The position numbers and the translations under genes are program-made. This document shows, piece after piece, positions 22,987 to 36,975 of a stretch of DNA of 64,000 bases; within the stretch, counting starts at the first letter, position 1; each line of letters opens with the position of its first letter. The stretch covers positions 43,988,847-44,052,846 of the forward strand of contig NC_057719.1 in the NCBI RefSeq assembly GCF_004010195.1. The letters are read 5' to 3'. The stretch comes from Chiloscyllium plagiosum. Taxonomy: Eukaryota. The notes beneath the pieces were generated by a model that was not told the DNA's origin, ran no database searches, and saw nothing but the letters and a program-made list of their open reading frames with translations.

Positions 22987-24600
22987 TATAGAGTTCTTAT
23001 AGTGCAGAAAGAGGCTATTTGGCCAGTCATCTGTACTGGCTCTCTAATCCTTCCAATTTACTGCCGGTTTCCTGTCTTTTCTCTGTAATTCTGCACATTG
23101 TTTCTAAATAAATAGTCGTCCAATGCCTTCTTCCATGCCTCAGATAATCTTACATCCACCACACTTCCAGGCAGTACATTCCAGATTCTAACTACTCACA
23201 GTGTGCTTTCTTTCATCTTGTCATAGAATCATAAAGATGTACAGCATGGAAACAGACCTTTCAGTCCAACTTGTCCATGCCGACCAGATATCCCAACCCA
23301 ATCTAGTTCCACCTGCCAGCAGCCAGCCCATATCCCTCCAAACCCTTCCTATTCATATACCCATCCAGATGCCTTTTAAATGTTGCAATTGTACCAGCCT
23401 CCACCACTTCCTCTGGTAGCCCATTCCACACATGCACCACCCTCTGAGTGAAAATGTTGCCCCTTAGGTCTCTTTTATATCTTTCCTCTCTCACCCTAAA
23501 CCTTTGCTTCTTTTGCAAAACACTTTAAAACTGTGCCTTCTGGTTATGTATTCATTTATGATTGGAAACAGGTTCCCTCTATCTGTTCTGTCCAGAGCCC
23601 TTAAGACCTGAAAGAATTCCATCAAGTCTCCTCTTAGCCTTCTCGTTTCCAAGGAAACCAGTCCCTATCTCTCCAATCTTTCCTCATAGTGTACCTCTCT
23701 GGAACCAACTTCTTAAATTTCTTCTGCACTCTCTCAATGCAGTCACATCCTTCCAATAATGCCATGTGCAGAAATGCAGCCTACCCATCAAATCTATCAA
23801 TGTGTCAATTTGAGGTTTTGTGCTGTTCACCTCACAGTTAATAATTTTCTCAAGTTTTGTGTCATCCACAAACTTTAAAATTGCCTCTACCAACCAAGGC
23901 CTAGATCAGTTATGTATCAGGAAAAGCATGGTCCAATACAACCTCTAGAGAACTTTACTACAAACTTTCTTTCAGCCAATGTTATTGTCTGTTTCCTATT
24001 TCAAAACCAATTCTGTATCCAAATTATACTGTTCCTGTTATTCCATGACATATAGCATTCATCACAAGTTTGTAATGTGGCATACTGAAAACCTTTAGGA
24101 AGTCCATGTACATCACAGCAAAAGCCTTCCCCAAATCAAGCCTTTCTATTGCATCTTCAAAACCTCTGGCAAGTTAAACATGAATTTACCACAACTACTT
24201 TTGACTCTTCCAAATCAAATGACAGTTTTCCAAGTGACTATTAATTATATCATAAAGATATTTTTTCTGAAAGGTTTACTCTCCATACCACAAATCATAT
24301 GTGCCCCACAACCCCAACCCCTCACCTGACTGAAGTAAAAATGACTGACTTGTAATTAATGGGCTGAAGATGACGTAAGGATTGCCTTTCATATTAGCTG
24401 ACAACCTTTTTTCATAGTTCCTCTTTGCTTCTTTTATTTGGTTTCTCACCCCATCTTCTGAATCTTTCGTACCCAATTTGGTACTCAATTGTACTTAACA
24501 GCCTGATACCTGACATAAGCACACTTTTTCTTCTTTCACTTAATTTCCAACCCCTTTATCATCCAGTGATCTCTGCATGTGCAGCTGTTTTCAAACAGGA
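22987..24600 (-). mobile_element. Old CR1 LINE fragment with a younger HER1/CR1 3' end nested at 23222-23505
   Basis: KFVDDTKL fragment. The nested piece encodes RDLRGNIFTQRVVHVWNGLPEEVVEAGTIATFKRHLD and has a (ctatgatt) tail. Confidence 0.75.
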
Positions 24601-24996
24601 ATATTTAATACCCAGACCCATCCTTTCTTGATCCAAGTTTTTGTTATTACCAATAAGGCAATATGCGCCTGTAAGTCCCCAGTCTTACTAACTATATTTT
24701 GTGCATTCACAAATATGCACACTTCATTACTTTCTCCCTTACTCCAACTCGACCTATTAACTTTCTATTCTCTAACTTGTGCCATTTCCCAGCATTTTGT
24801 GCATCTATGTTTACTGTTAAATATTCTCTTCTGGTTTGTACAATTCTGCTGAATTAGTTTAGAATATAATCTGCATTGGAATGTAAAGGAGTTCTTGAAG
24901 AAACAAAATAATCACAATGTTGAGTAGGTGCCGATTCCAGAGTAAGTCTACGTGGTATTTTGTGGAGGCAGCAGGTTGACGTGTGAACAGGGCAGG

Positions 24997-25125
24997 GTAA
25001 AAACAAGGACTGCAGATGCTGGAAACCAGATTCTAGATTAGTGGTGCTGGAAAAGCACAGCAGTTCAGGCATCATCTGAGGAGCAGTAAAATCGACGTTT
25101 CGGGCAAAAGCCCTTCATCAGGAAT
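24997..25125 (-). mobile_element. Short PLE pseudo-LTR insertion with 8-bp TSD
   Basis: Homologous to 17554-17649 plus tail. cagggcag at 24988-24995 and 25126-25133. Confidence 0.85.
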
Positions 25126-25126
25126 C
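25089..25126 (-). ncRNA. Minimal type I hammerhead ribozyme, core intact
   Basis: GAUUC CUGAUGA A GGGC-UUUU-GCCC GAAA CGUC^ GAUUU, with a palindromic ACGU helix III. Confidence 0.82.
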
Positions 25127-28100
25127 AGGGCAGCACATTTCTGACCAGCTTCTGTTTTAACCACTAGGGGGTGCCAACATTCCTACCATGAAAAAAATAT
25201 TACAAATGAAAACATTTCAAATTAAATCAACATTTGAACGTGCCCATGATGCACTGATGATGGTATTCCTTGTTTAATTATCCTTATAAGAATATCCAAC
25301 AGCTGAATCAATTTAAATTACAAGTTGTCAAGAAATTATTTGGACTTTTGTGGTGCAGTGGTAGTGTCCCAACTCCTGAACCAAAAGACCTGGATTCGGG
25401 TCCCACCTGTTCTGGAACTGTGTAACAGCATCTCTGAACAGGTTCATTCGAAAAATAGGCTAAATTTAAAAAATGAAGGAAGTTATTCAAGGCTAAGTCA
25501 TCTAAAATGTTATGTCTGTGCATCATATAGCAGTCCTAAGAAGTCTTCAAAAATAACAATTGTAAGCATTCTAGTTTCACTTTGATCTGAATAAAGCACA
25601 TCCCATACTTTGCAATGTGATTGTTTGACAATTGCATGAGCACAGGTTTGCATTATTTGCAATAACCTGGTTACCGAGTTAAAAATAATCTCATTTTTGC
25701 AACACACACCCTCTTAAGATGATTTCCATCATATTGAATCAGAAATTCATCAAAACTTATGGGATACAAATTGCATTCATTATGTGATTACCTGAAAAAC
25801 ACATCAATCTGCACAGGCACTGTTCACTACTACTGCAACAATTCTTTCAGGTGCCCTAGACAGAGGTTAGGCATTAGGCTATTTACATATGGAAATTAGC
25901 AACCTAATGTCTGTTGAAGAACTTCCCCACATTGAGAAATGAGTTGTTGATGATTTGCTATAATATTAATGTTAAGAGGTTGTGCTGAGTATCCCAAGAT
26001 ATTTCTGGCCAAAAAGATGATGCTGAAAAGGTAATAGACTTCAAAAGTAAACTAAAATTTAAATTTGACAAATGAAAGATAAAGTTTGGTGTTCCCAGGT
26101 TACTAGGCAATCACAAGGATAATTCATTGAAAGTTGTTGAAATAGTACTGCGTATGAAATGCAAACATCAACCGTTCACCATATGGCCTTTATTGTAAAC
26201 CGACATAACCAAACCAACACATTTGCAACGATGTGAATTCAGGGACGATCCAGCTAGTTATCAATGCACTCCATGACTCAATGTACAATGGCCAGAATGT
26301 TACGTCCTGCACTGGAAAGGCTGATTCTACTTTTTATGGCATCTCCAAACTTATCACCTTCTCTCTGGTTATGAAAACGGTCTTTGTATCCCTCCTGCAT
26401 CATCAAGCTCACAAAACAATCTCTGACAGTACATCCTCTAATAATTTATCTCGTAACAGCTTCTGAACTAAATCTATCTCTAAACTTAGATAGAGTCTCT
26501 GAGCTGACTCCATCTTAAAGTCAATATTATCTTAATGAACTTCCACCTTTAACTCTGGGACTTTTTTCTGTTACCTCTGATCTATCTTCTATTTACTGTC
26601 AGATCTTACCTTTCTTTATGTAACCAGGCTGATGTCACTGGAGTTTTACTCAAGCTTTTATCCAATCACATTGTGTATTTTAGCTGCTGTTCTAGACCTA
26701 TGTCAACTTATTTATGATGTTTCACTTTTTTACTTTTCTTCTTATCCATCCAAGACCAGTCACTTCTATCATCATGTCGTTTTTTTTATTTCTTCCATCT
26801 CTACCTTCCCAATTCCCTAACTCAAACTTTCATTACTCCTCATCGTTGCTGCTTTGGTTGCTGCTGTACCAGGTTTTTACGCTTCTGGAATAAGCCTGCC
26901 ACTGCCATGTGTGCCTCTCTTGGCACTTCTGTGAAGACTCATTATGACAACCAAGCCCAAATGGCCCGTATTACTCTCCTGTAAAACATAATTTCAATTT
27001 GCCATTCCCTCTGCTGACTCTGTGGACCCTGCTTGAGATCAAGTCTCATCACCTCACTATTGGCTTCCCTCCAGAATTTCCTTTGGGCTCTTGATATCGA
27101 TAAATATCACAGCTTGAAGGGAAAATTAGTTGATATTCCCTGTGTAAGTATCCTCCTGAGATCAGATTTCAATTTACCTTTTACTATGAAAAACCAATGT
27201 GGTAATGTCATGGGTCCAGTTATCCAGAAACCAAGGCAAATGTTCTGTGGACAATAATTTGAATCCTACCTCAGCATTCAATAAAATCTGAAGCTAAAAG
27301 CTAATCTATTGATGATAGCTGTACAAATCTAACTGGTTCATTAAGGTTACTTCGGGAAGAGAATTGTCATTCTCAACTCGTCTCCCTTTACGTGAATCCA
27401 AATCCATAGCAATGTGGTTGAAACTTAACTGCCTTTTGAAATGGTCTTAACAAATCACTCAGTTCCAGAGGAAGTAAGAAATAGGCAGTTGGGCTGGTAA
27501 GTTAAGGGAACTTCTTGGAAGAACTAAAAAAAACGGAGTTAAAAGTGCAAGTCTTCTTAAGCTATAGTGTTAGGTTTAGCAGCGCTTGCTTTGTTTACTT
27601 TATCTTGATATATGCAATCAAGTTTAGTTTAGTTAAAATCATGAAATCTTGTAGCAATTTTGTCAGGTAATTATTTGGTTTCCATGCTTCTTCTTTAAAT
27701 GCTAACAGTCCCTAACAGGATTTCAACAGTCTAAATGTGCAAACTTGAAGGCAGGTTGCTGGGCAGAAATAGGTTATTCCCCGTTCAGGAGAAAAGTGAC
27801 CAAATAGGAAGACCAAAAAAAATCAAAACCACCACTAACTAGCATCCCCCCCACACCCAAAAACAAATCAATTAACTGATCCCAAAAACACTCGACATTT
27901 AGTTTATTTAAATACTAGATGGCATTTTACCCATGGCTTTACAGCATTTCCTTCATCAATTTTTCAATTGCCAAAGTATATTATTTAAATTGTTCAAAGC
28001 ACACCAACATGGTGAATTAAATTTATATCATCATTTAACATTATATGAGTGACACACCTATACAATAAATAGACAAGTGCTTTGAATATTGATTGCATCC

Positions 28101-29074
28101 TTCAGCTTCAGAAGATTTCTTAATCAAAAACCTTGATGTTTGCTTTTTTTGATCTTACCAGTATAAAAGGTATTTTTCAAAGGCTTACTTTATCTTTAGA
28201 AGCACTTCAATAAAGCAAGACAACTACATGTTACATTTCTCCAATAATCCATTTCAAAAATGCATTTCTGTGCATAGGGTGCACAAAGGACTGAAAAAGA
28301 TTCAGCATATTAAGATAACATTCAATTTCTAAAATTTATTTTCAAGAATCATTTTGAACATTTTCAAATGACTGACTTGGAAAGCAATTCAAAATTGTCA
28401 AGTTCGTATATCCTCCTGAAAAAAGCAAAATGTGTAAATAGCTTTATTTAAAACTTCCAGGTGGATTGTATACCTTAGCTTTTTATTCACTGGAACTGTC
28501 AGGCTCCACTGAAAACAATTAAAAGACACACTGAAACATTTCTCATCTAAACACACAGCAGGAGGGATAATAAAGTGAGGCAGTGTATGCTATAGCACAT
28601 TGAAAAAGACTTTGGGCAAAAATATTCCAGCATGATGTGTACTAAAGCTACAGTATAACCCTCATTTCTAGCATGTTTCAAGAAAATCGTTTTCTTACTA
28701 TCAACTGTTATTGTGCAATTCAGTGGAATTAATATAAACCCACATTTGATCTAAACACACAGACATTATTGCAATGAGTTAGAACTCCTAAGACAAGCTG
28801 ACTGAAAAAAATGTAAATTTCACAAATCATCCACAAAGGCTTTCACACAAATATATCAGCTTTTACTAATATACAATTTTGAAACAACAATTATAATAAT
28901 AAAATATTTCAAATTGGTCAGTATAAATCATTACAAATACAGCTTTCCTTTCAAAAATCAATATTTACCTGACAGAAATAGAAAACATTATAAGTTTTCT
29001 AGATTCCAGTGACGAGCTTACATACTATAAGTACATATGTATCCAGGTGAACTTAAATTATAACCTTTTTATGA

Positions 29075-31440
29075 TCTTTAACTTCTGGTCCTATGTCTGT
29101 ATCACATTCCCAGCATTACAGATGTCAGTCTTCAGCCAATTTGATTCACTCCATGTGATATCAAGAAATGGCTGAAGACACTGAATATAGCAAGGGGCTA
29201 TGGGCCCTGACAACATTTTGGTAATTGTACTAAAGATGTGTGCTCCAGAATTTGCTGTGCCCCCTGGGAAACTGTTTTGTTCCATCATGAAGACTGGCAT
29301 CTAAGCATCAGTGTACAAAATTGCCTGGATACATCCTGTGCACAAAATGCAGTAGAAATCTAACCCAGTCAATTACTGCTTTATCAGTCTAAACTCTAGC
29401 AACAGCAAAGTGATGAAAGGGGTTGTTGACTGGGCTATCAATTTGTACTTGCAATGGAATAATCTGCCTACTGATGCTCAGTTTGACTCCGACTGGGCCA
29501 CTCAGTTCCTGACCTCATTATAGCCTTGGTTCAAGTATGGGACAAATGAACTGAACATCGAGGTGCCTGAGCTAAATTGGAGTCAATGGAAATCAGGGAA
29601 AACACTCCACTAATTGCATTCATACCTGCCTCAAAGGAAGATGATTGAAATTTTGGAGGCCAATCATCTTACCACCAAGATATCTTTGCAGAACTGCCTC
29701 AGGATAGTGCCCTATACCCAACCAGCTTTAGCTGCTGCTTCATCAATGGCCTTCCCTCTAACATAAAATTCAGAAGTGAGGATGTTTGCTGATGATTACA
29801 CAATGTTCAGTGCCATGTTATCTAAGATTACAAAGAGATCTTGATCACTTGGGCCAATGGGCATAGGAGTAGCAGATGGAATTTAATTCGGATAAATGCA
29901 AGCTACTGCATTTTGGCAAGATGAACAAGGGCAGGATTTATACAGTTAATGGCAAAACCCAATGCTGTTGAACAGCGAGACCTCGGGATTCAACTATATT
30001 ATTCTTTGAAAATTACCTCACAAATAGACAGGTTGGGAAAGAAAGCATTTGGCACACTTGGCTTCATTGCTCAGACCATTGAGTATAGGCCTTGGGACAT
30101 CATGTTGTTGTTGTACAGGATGTTGGTAAGGCCAATTTTGGAGTACTGCATAGAGTTCTGGTCACCCTGCTATAGGAAAGATATTATTAAATTGGACAGG
30201 GTGCAGAAAAGATTTACAAGGATGTTACTGGGACTTGTGGTTTTGACTTATAGGGAGAGGTTGGATAGGCTGGGACCTTTTTTCACTGGAGAGTAGGAGG
30301 TTGAGGGATGACCTTATTGAGGTTTATAAAATCATGGGGGCATTGATAAGGTTCATAGCAAAGGTCTTTTTCCTAGGGTGGGGAGTTCAAAACTAGAGGT
30401 CATGTTTTTAAGGTGAGAGGAGAAGGATTTAACAAGGGACCTGAGGGGCAATTTATTCACACGGAGGATGGTTTGTATGTGGAATGAACTACTAGAGAAA
30501 GTGATAAATGCAAGTACAGTTACAACATTTAAAAGACATTTAGACAGGTACATGAATAGGAAAGGTTTAGAGGGATAACTGGTTAAGTTGGACTGAAAGG
30601 TCTGTTTCTGTACTGTATGATTCTATAACAATGCATGATTCCTCAAATACCAAAGCAGTCTATGATCACATGCAGCAAAGCCTGGACAATATCCAGGATT
30701 GAGCTGGTAAGTTGCAAATAATACTTTTGCCACAAAGTGCAAAGCAGTAACCATCTCCTTCAGGAGAAAATCTAATCATCACCTCTTGACGTTCAACAAT
30801 GCTACAGATTCACAGTTGCTGAATCTCCTACTATCAACATCCTAGTGTTACAATGGACGAAGAACTACCCAAATGAAGTAGTTGCAAGAATACGTCAGAG
30901 GCTAGGAAATCTTTACCAATTAACTCACCTCCTGTCTCCCCAACACATAGCTACCATCTCAAAATCAGGAGTGTAATGGAATACTCTCCATTTGCCCAGG
31001 TGAGCACAACTTCAACAACATTCAAGAAGCTTGACTGGCACCTCATCCACCACCTTCAACATTCTCCACTGATGCACAGTGGCAACAATGTGTACCATCT
31101 ATAAGGTGCATTGAAGTAACTCAAAACTACATCAACAGCACTTCCCAAACCAACTAAAACTGCCAAATTGAAGGACAAAGGCAGCAGATACATGAGAACA
31201 CCATCACCTACAAGGTCCTCTCCAAGCCACTTGCCATCCTGACTTGGAAATATATCAGTGTTGCTTCTCTGTCACAGGGTACAATATCCGGAACTCCCTT
31301 CCTAACAGCACTGTGGGCATGCTTGTGTGCCAAGACTGCAGTGGTTCAACAAAGCAGCTCACTACCATCTTCTCTAGGAAAATTTGGGGGTGACCAATAT
31401 GTGCCAATGTAGCCAATTATGCCCACATCTTTATAAACAA
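29075..31440 (+). mobile_element. CR1/L2-group LINE interrupted by a nested HER1/CR1 3' fragment (about 29822-30627)
   Basis: Host carries KAMGPDNI, NY..ISL, PQ.S.L.P and MFADD motifs and resumes after 30630. Insert carries LVRPILEYCIEFWSPCYRKDIIKL and a CR1 tail. Confidence 0.8.
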
Positions 31441-31827
31441 ATAAAAAGAAAGCAAATGGTTACATCTGAAATGAAGAAATTGTGTTGCATCAAAGTTTCA
31501 CTGTTGACTCTCACAGCTATACAGAGTATTACAATCAGAAGTGTCTAAAGAGATGGGGAGGAAACAAAAACATGTATTCATGGAAAGAAATCAAGTAATT
31601 CTTGTCCATATCTGACAAGAGAAATCAGAAGTGATCTATCACTTACTAGTTGATAATCTGCTTGGTGGGGAACAAGTACACAGTTTATCTTTGGAAATGG
31701 AACTTAGTATTGTTTCTGTTTACATTTAAAATAAAAAAACTATACTCCTTGGAAAAAGATTGAAAACCTTTCAAAACCATTTTCATACATCCATTACCAA
31801 AACCGCATACAACTCAGATGACCTCAC

Positions 31828-32018
31828 CTCTGCATCTACATTCTGAAGTCCACACTGATCACAAATAGAGATCAGCTCTTTGCTACTCAAGTAGCTGTCT
31901 TTGGTGACTCCGAGTTCTTCGGAAACTGCTTGAAGTCGTTCTTCAATGTACTTGGGGTCAGCATCAAACATGCACTGGGAAGTGTTCAAGTCATCCGGGT
32001 TCCAAAATCTCAGCTGAC
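31828..32018 (-). CDS. NIN: Ninein coding exon (191 nt; GQLRFWNPDDLN...CGLQNVDAE, degenerate EF-hand region)
   Basis: CAG acceptor and GT donor. GQLRFWNPDDLN is characteristic of vertebrate ninein. Phase 1 in, phase 0 out. Confidence 0.95.
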
Positions 32019-33352
32019 CTGAAAAACATATCATTTTTCTACTTGCTTATTGCATACTGAAAATAAAGTCAATGAAAGATCAAAAAAAGGATACATTAAT
32101 AATCAACCACAAATGTGCTTTTGGAGTAAGGATATTAGAATGGATTTGCTAAGGCCACCTATTTGGCTATTTATTGTTGTATATGATAACCACTGTAATT
32201 CTATACTTTAATCACATTTAATTTTCCACTCTAGCTTGTCATTTGACAATCCAATGTACTGTTTTTAACTGCACTATGTAAACCAAAAAAACTATCATGA
32301 GGCAAGGGAAGTCTCAGAAGAATCAAAATGTTTAAGAAGGTAGTTAATCTATTATGAGTCCATGACAGATAGAGGCCATCCTGCCCATAGAGGCTGCCCA
32401 TCCAGCCCTCTGAAGCGCATCCTACCTTCTATCCTCTGAAGAAATATTGAGCTGGATTATAAAAACCAAGATCTGAAAGTGGAAATTTAAAATCTAAATT
32501 TGTTTTCATTTTCTGACACTTTCTGGAGTTTGTAAAGTTGTTTCTAGATATTCTTCTATCTCAGCCAATTCCTCTACCTAAGTGATAGTCAAGTAGTGAC
32601 AGTCAATCATAATGTTTGCATTACCAAGTACATATATATAGAGCCAGAGTCATACATGGAATCTGAATCTATACACACGTAGTGAAGCAATTGATTGATT
32701 CACACGTGTTTCTGGAGTAAATCTCAACCAAGCTGAAACAAGATGAATGGATTTGAAACCAAATTTATACTTCCAATTTTCAGAACTTACAATTCATCAT
32801 CTGGGTTCCCATTTTGTAAAGTGGTCCCAGAGTAATATTGTTACATTGTTCACCACCTTTATTCTTGTGCATACAAATGTAATAATGGCAAATAATATAG
32901 GTTCTTGATTCATACAGAGTCATCAGTTACAACCTTGACAACCTTTCTATGGCAAATTAAGTGATCTCAGTTAGAATGGCGGGGCACTAATTGGTGATCT
33001 CAGTCACAGAGGAGAGAAACTCTGCACTTCACTGGCAACTAATTCCTGCTTTGAAATACATTTATTGGTATTGGGTGAGGGCAGTATTGACTTGAATTTG
33101 AATACTGCAACATCCTAATCATCATATAGACAAACTGTCTCACGTATGATCGGTGGATTACTCAGCAAGAATGACTCAGCAAGGAATCAACACCACGTCT
33201 TTATGGAACGGACAGCCAGTCCATGAATGAGCAATGCAGAATAATTACAAGGAGGCAAGAAACAAATAAGTTAGGTCCTTTCTTATTCAATTTTCCCTTT
33301 CTTGCTGTTCCTCCATCTGAACCCTTAACATGACTTAACATTTTGGCTATAA

Positions 33353-36300
33353 GTACAAAGAACAAAGAAAATAACAGCACAGGAACAGGCCCTTTGCCTG
33401 TCCAAGCCTGCACCAATAGAGATCCTCTATCTAAACCTGTTGCCTCTTTTCTAAGGATCTGTAACCCTCTGCTCTCTGTCCATTCTCTCTAGATACATCC
33501 TAAATGATGCTATCCTGCCTGCCTCTACCACCTCTGCTGGTAACGCGTTCCAGCCACCCACCGCCCTCTGCATAAAGCACTTACTACGTATATCTCCCTT
33601 CAACTCTTCCCCTCTCACCTTGAACTCATGACCCCTAGTAATTGAGTCTCCCACTCTTGCTACCCACCCTGTCTATACCTCTCATGATTTTGTATGACAT
33701 CTACAGCACTTCCCTCGTCATTCAACTTTGTCACTTTCTCAAAGAATTCTATTGAGTTGGTAAGACATGACCTTTCCTGCACAAAACCATGTTGCCTATA
33801 CCTCTCATGATTTTGTAGACTTCAATCAGGTCCCCTCTCAACCTCCATCTTTCTAATAAAAATAATCTTAACCTATTCAACCGCTCTCCATAGTTAGTGC
33901 CCTCTATACCAGGCAATATCCTGGTGAACTTCCTTTGCAGCGTCTCCAAAGCATCCACATTCTTTTGGTAATGTGGCGACCAGAACTGTACGCAGTATTC
34001 CAAATGTGGCTAACTCGATACAACTGTAACAAAACCTGCTGACTCTTGTACTCAATATCCCATCTGATGAAGGAAAGCATGCCGTGTGCCTTCTTGACCA
34101 CTCTATCAACCTGCATTGTCACCTTCAGGGAACAATGGATCTGAACACTCAGATCTCTCTGAATAAATTTTCCTCAGGACTTTTCTATTTACCATGTAGT
34201 TCACTCTTGAAGTGGATCTTCCAAAATACATCATCTTGCATTTGCCCGGATTGAACTCCATCTGCCATTTCTCTGCCCAACTCTCCAATCTAACTATATT
34301 CTGCTACATCCTCTGACAGTCCCTTTCACTATTTGCTACTCCACCAATCTTAGTGTCATCTACCAACTTGCTAATCAGACCACTTATACTTTCCTCCAAA
34401 TCATTTATGTATATTATAAACAACAATGGTCCCAGCACAAATCCCTGTTGAACATGACTGGTCACAGTTGTCCATTTTGAGAAACTCAATTCCATACCTG
34501 CTGTCCAGCCAGTTCACTATCCATCTAGATAATACACTCATCAGCCTACCATGGGGAACCTTACCAAAAGAATGTGGATGCTTTGGAGACGCTGCAAAGG
34601 AAGTTCACCAGGATGTTGCCTGGTATGGAGGGCACTAACTATGGAGAGTGGTTGAGTAGATTAGGATTATTTTTATTAGAAAGATGGAGGTTGAGAGGGG
34701 ACCTGATTGAGGTCTACAAAATCATGAGAGGTATATGACATCTACAGCACTTCCCTCATCATTCAACTTTGTCACTTCCTCAAAGAATTCTATTGAGTTG
34801 GTAAGACATGACCTTTCCTGCACAAAACCATGTTGCCTATCACTGATAAGCCCATTTTCTTCCAAATGTTATTAAATCCTACCCCTCAGTATCTTCTTCA
34901 GCAGTTTCCCTACCACTGACGTCAGGCTTATCGGTCTATAATTACCTGGATTATCCCTGCTACACTTTTTAAACAAGGGGGCAACTTTAGCAATTCTTCA
35001 CTCCTCCGGGACCTCACCCGTGTGCAAAGAAATCTGTTAAGGCCCCGCCTATTTCCTCTCTCGCTTCCCTCAGTAACCTGGGATAGATCCCATTCAGACC
35101 TGGGGACTTGCCCACCTTAATGCCTTTTAGAATACCCAACACTGCCTCCCTCCTTATGCCAACTTGACCTAGAGTAATCAAACATCTATCTCTAACCTCA
35201 ACATCCATCATGTCCCTCTCCTTGATGAATACTGATGCAAAATACTCATTAAGAATCTCATCCATTTTCTCTGATTCCATGCATAACTTTCCTCCTTTGT
35301 GCTTGAGTGGGCCAAACCTTTCTCTGGTTACCCTCTTGTTCCTTATATATGAATTAAAGGCTTTGGGACTTCTTTTAACCCTGTTTGTTAAAGATATTTC
35401 ATGATCTCTTTTAGCTCTCTTCATTACTTGTTTCAGAATGGTCCTACTTTCCTGATATTCTTCCAAAGCCTCTTCTGTTATTCTTCTGTTTTCAGTTGCC
35501 TAGACCTTCCTTTTTCTTCTTAACTAGTCTCATAATTTCACCTGTCATCCTGGTTCCCTAACCTTGCTAATCGTCTATCCCTCATTTTCACAGGAACATA
35601 TCTCACCTGAACTCTAATCAGCCTCTCTTTAAAAGCCTCCCACATATTGAATGTAGACTTCCCTTCAAACAGCAGCTCCCAATCAACATTCCCCAGCTCC
35701 TGCTGAATTTTGGTATAGTTGGTCTTCCCCCAAAATTAGCACTCTTGCCTTAGGACCACTCTTGTCTTTGTCCTTGAGTTTCCTAAAACATACAGAATTG
35801 TGATCGCTATTCCCAAAGTAATCCCCAACTGCAACTTCAACCACCTGGCCAGGCTCATTCCCAACACCAGATCCAGTAGGGCCCCTCCCGAGTTGGACTG
35901 TTTACATGCTGCTCTAGAAAACCCTCCTGGATGCTCTTTACAAATTCTGCTCCATCTAGACCTCTAACACTAAGTGAATCCCATTCAATGGTTGGAAAAT
36001 TAAAATCTTCTACCACCACTACCCTGTTGCTCCTACATCTTTCTATAATCTCTCTACATATTTGTACCTCTATCTCATGCTCATTATTGGGAGGCCTGTA
36101 GTACAACCCCAAAAATGTTACCACACCCTTCCTATTTCTGAGCTCTGCTCATATTGCTTCACTGCTTGAGTCATCCACAGTGCCCTCCTTCAGCACAGCT
36201 GTGACATCCTCTGACCAGTAATGCTATTCCTCCACCCCTTTTACTTCCCTGTCTATCCCAACTGAAGCATTTATATAAAGAGACATTTAGTTGCCAATCA

Positions 36301-36975
36301 TGCCCTTCCCTCAACCAAGTTTCAATCATAGCAATAACATCATACTTCCAGGTACTAATCCAATCCCTAAGTTCATCTCCCTTACCTACTACACTTCTCA
36401 CATTGAAACAAATGCATCTCAGACTACCTGCCGCTTGTGTTCATTATCTGCTCCCTGCCTACTCTTCCCCTTAGTCACGCTGACTTCATTACCTAGTTCC
36501 TCACAGACTTTAGTTACTACCTCCTTTCTGTCCACAAATCTCCTCATTTGGTTCCCAACCCGCTGCCACATTAGTTTAAATCCTTCCCAAAAGCATTAGC
36601 AAAAGCACCCTCAAGGACATTGGTTCCAGTCTGGCCTAGATATAGACCATCCAATTTGTAATAGTCCCACTTTCCCCAGAACCAGTCCCAATGTCCTAAA
36701 AATCTGAACCCGTCCCTCATGCATCATCTCTCAAGCCACAAATTTAATCTGCCTATTCTTTCATTTCTACTCTGACTAGCACGTCACACTGGTAGCCATC
36801 CTGAGATTACTACCTGGGGTCCTACTTTTTAACTTGGCTTCTAACTCTTCCCATTTTGTACCTATATCATTGGTGTCGATATGCACCATGACAACTGGCT
36901 GTTCACCCTCCCCCTTCAGAATGTTCTGCAGCCAATCTGAGACATCCCTGATCCATGCACCTGGGAAGCAACATC
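33353..36975 (-). mobile_element. CR1 LINE, about 3.6 kb (ORF1 esterase end, APE endonuclease, RT, tail), decayed and internally rearranged
   Basis: VMVHIDTNDIG (SGNH), DVIAMIETWL, YYRPPN, DFNFP, KSPGLNGIYPRLLRE, VQQGFVLGPLLFIIYINDL, DDTKIGG and EYCVQFWSPHY. Confidence 0.92.
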
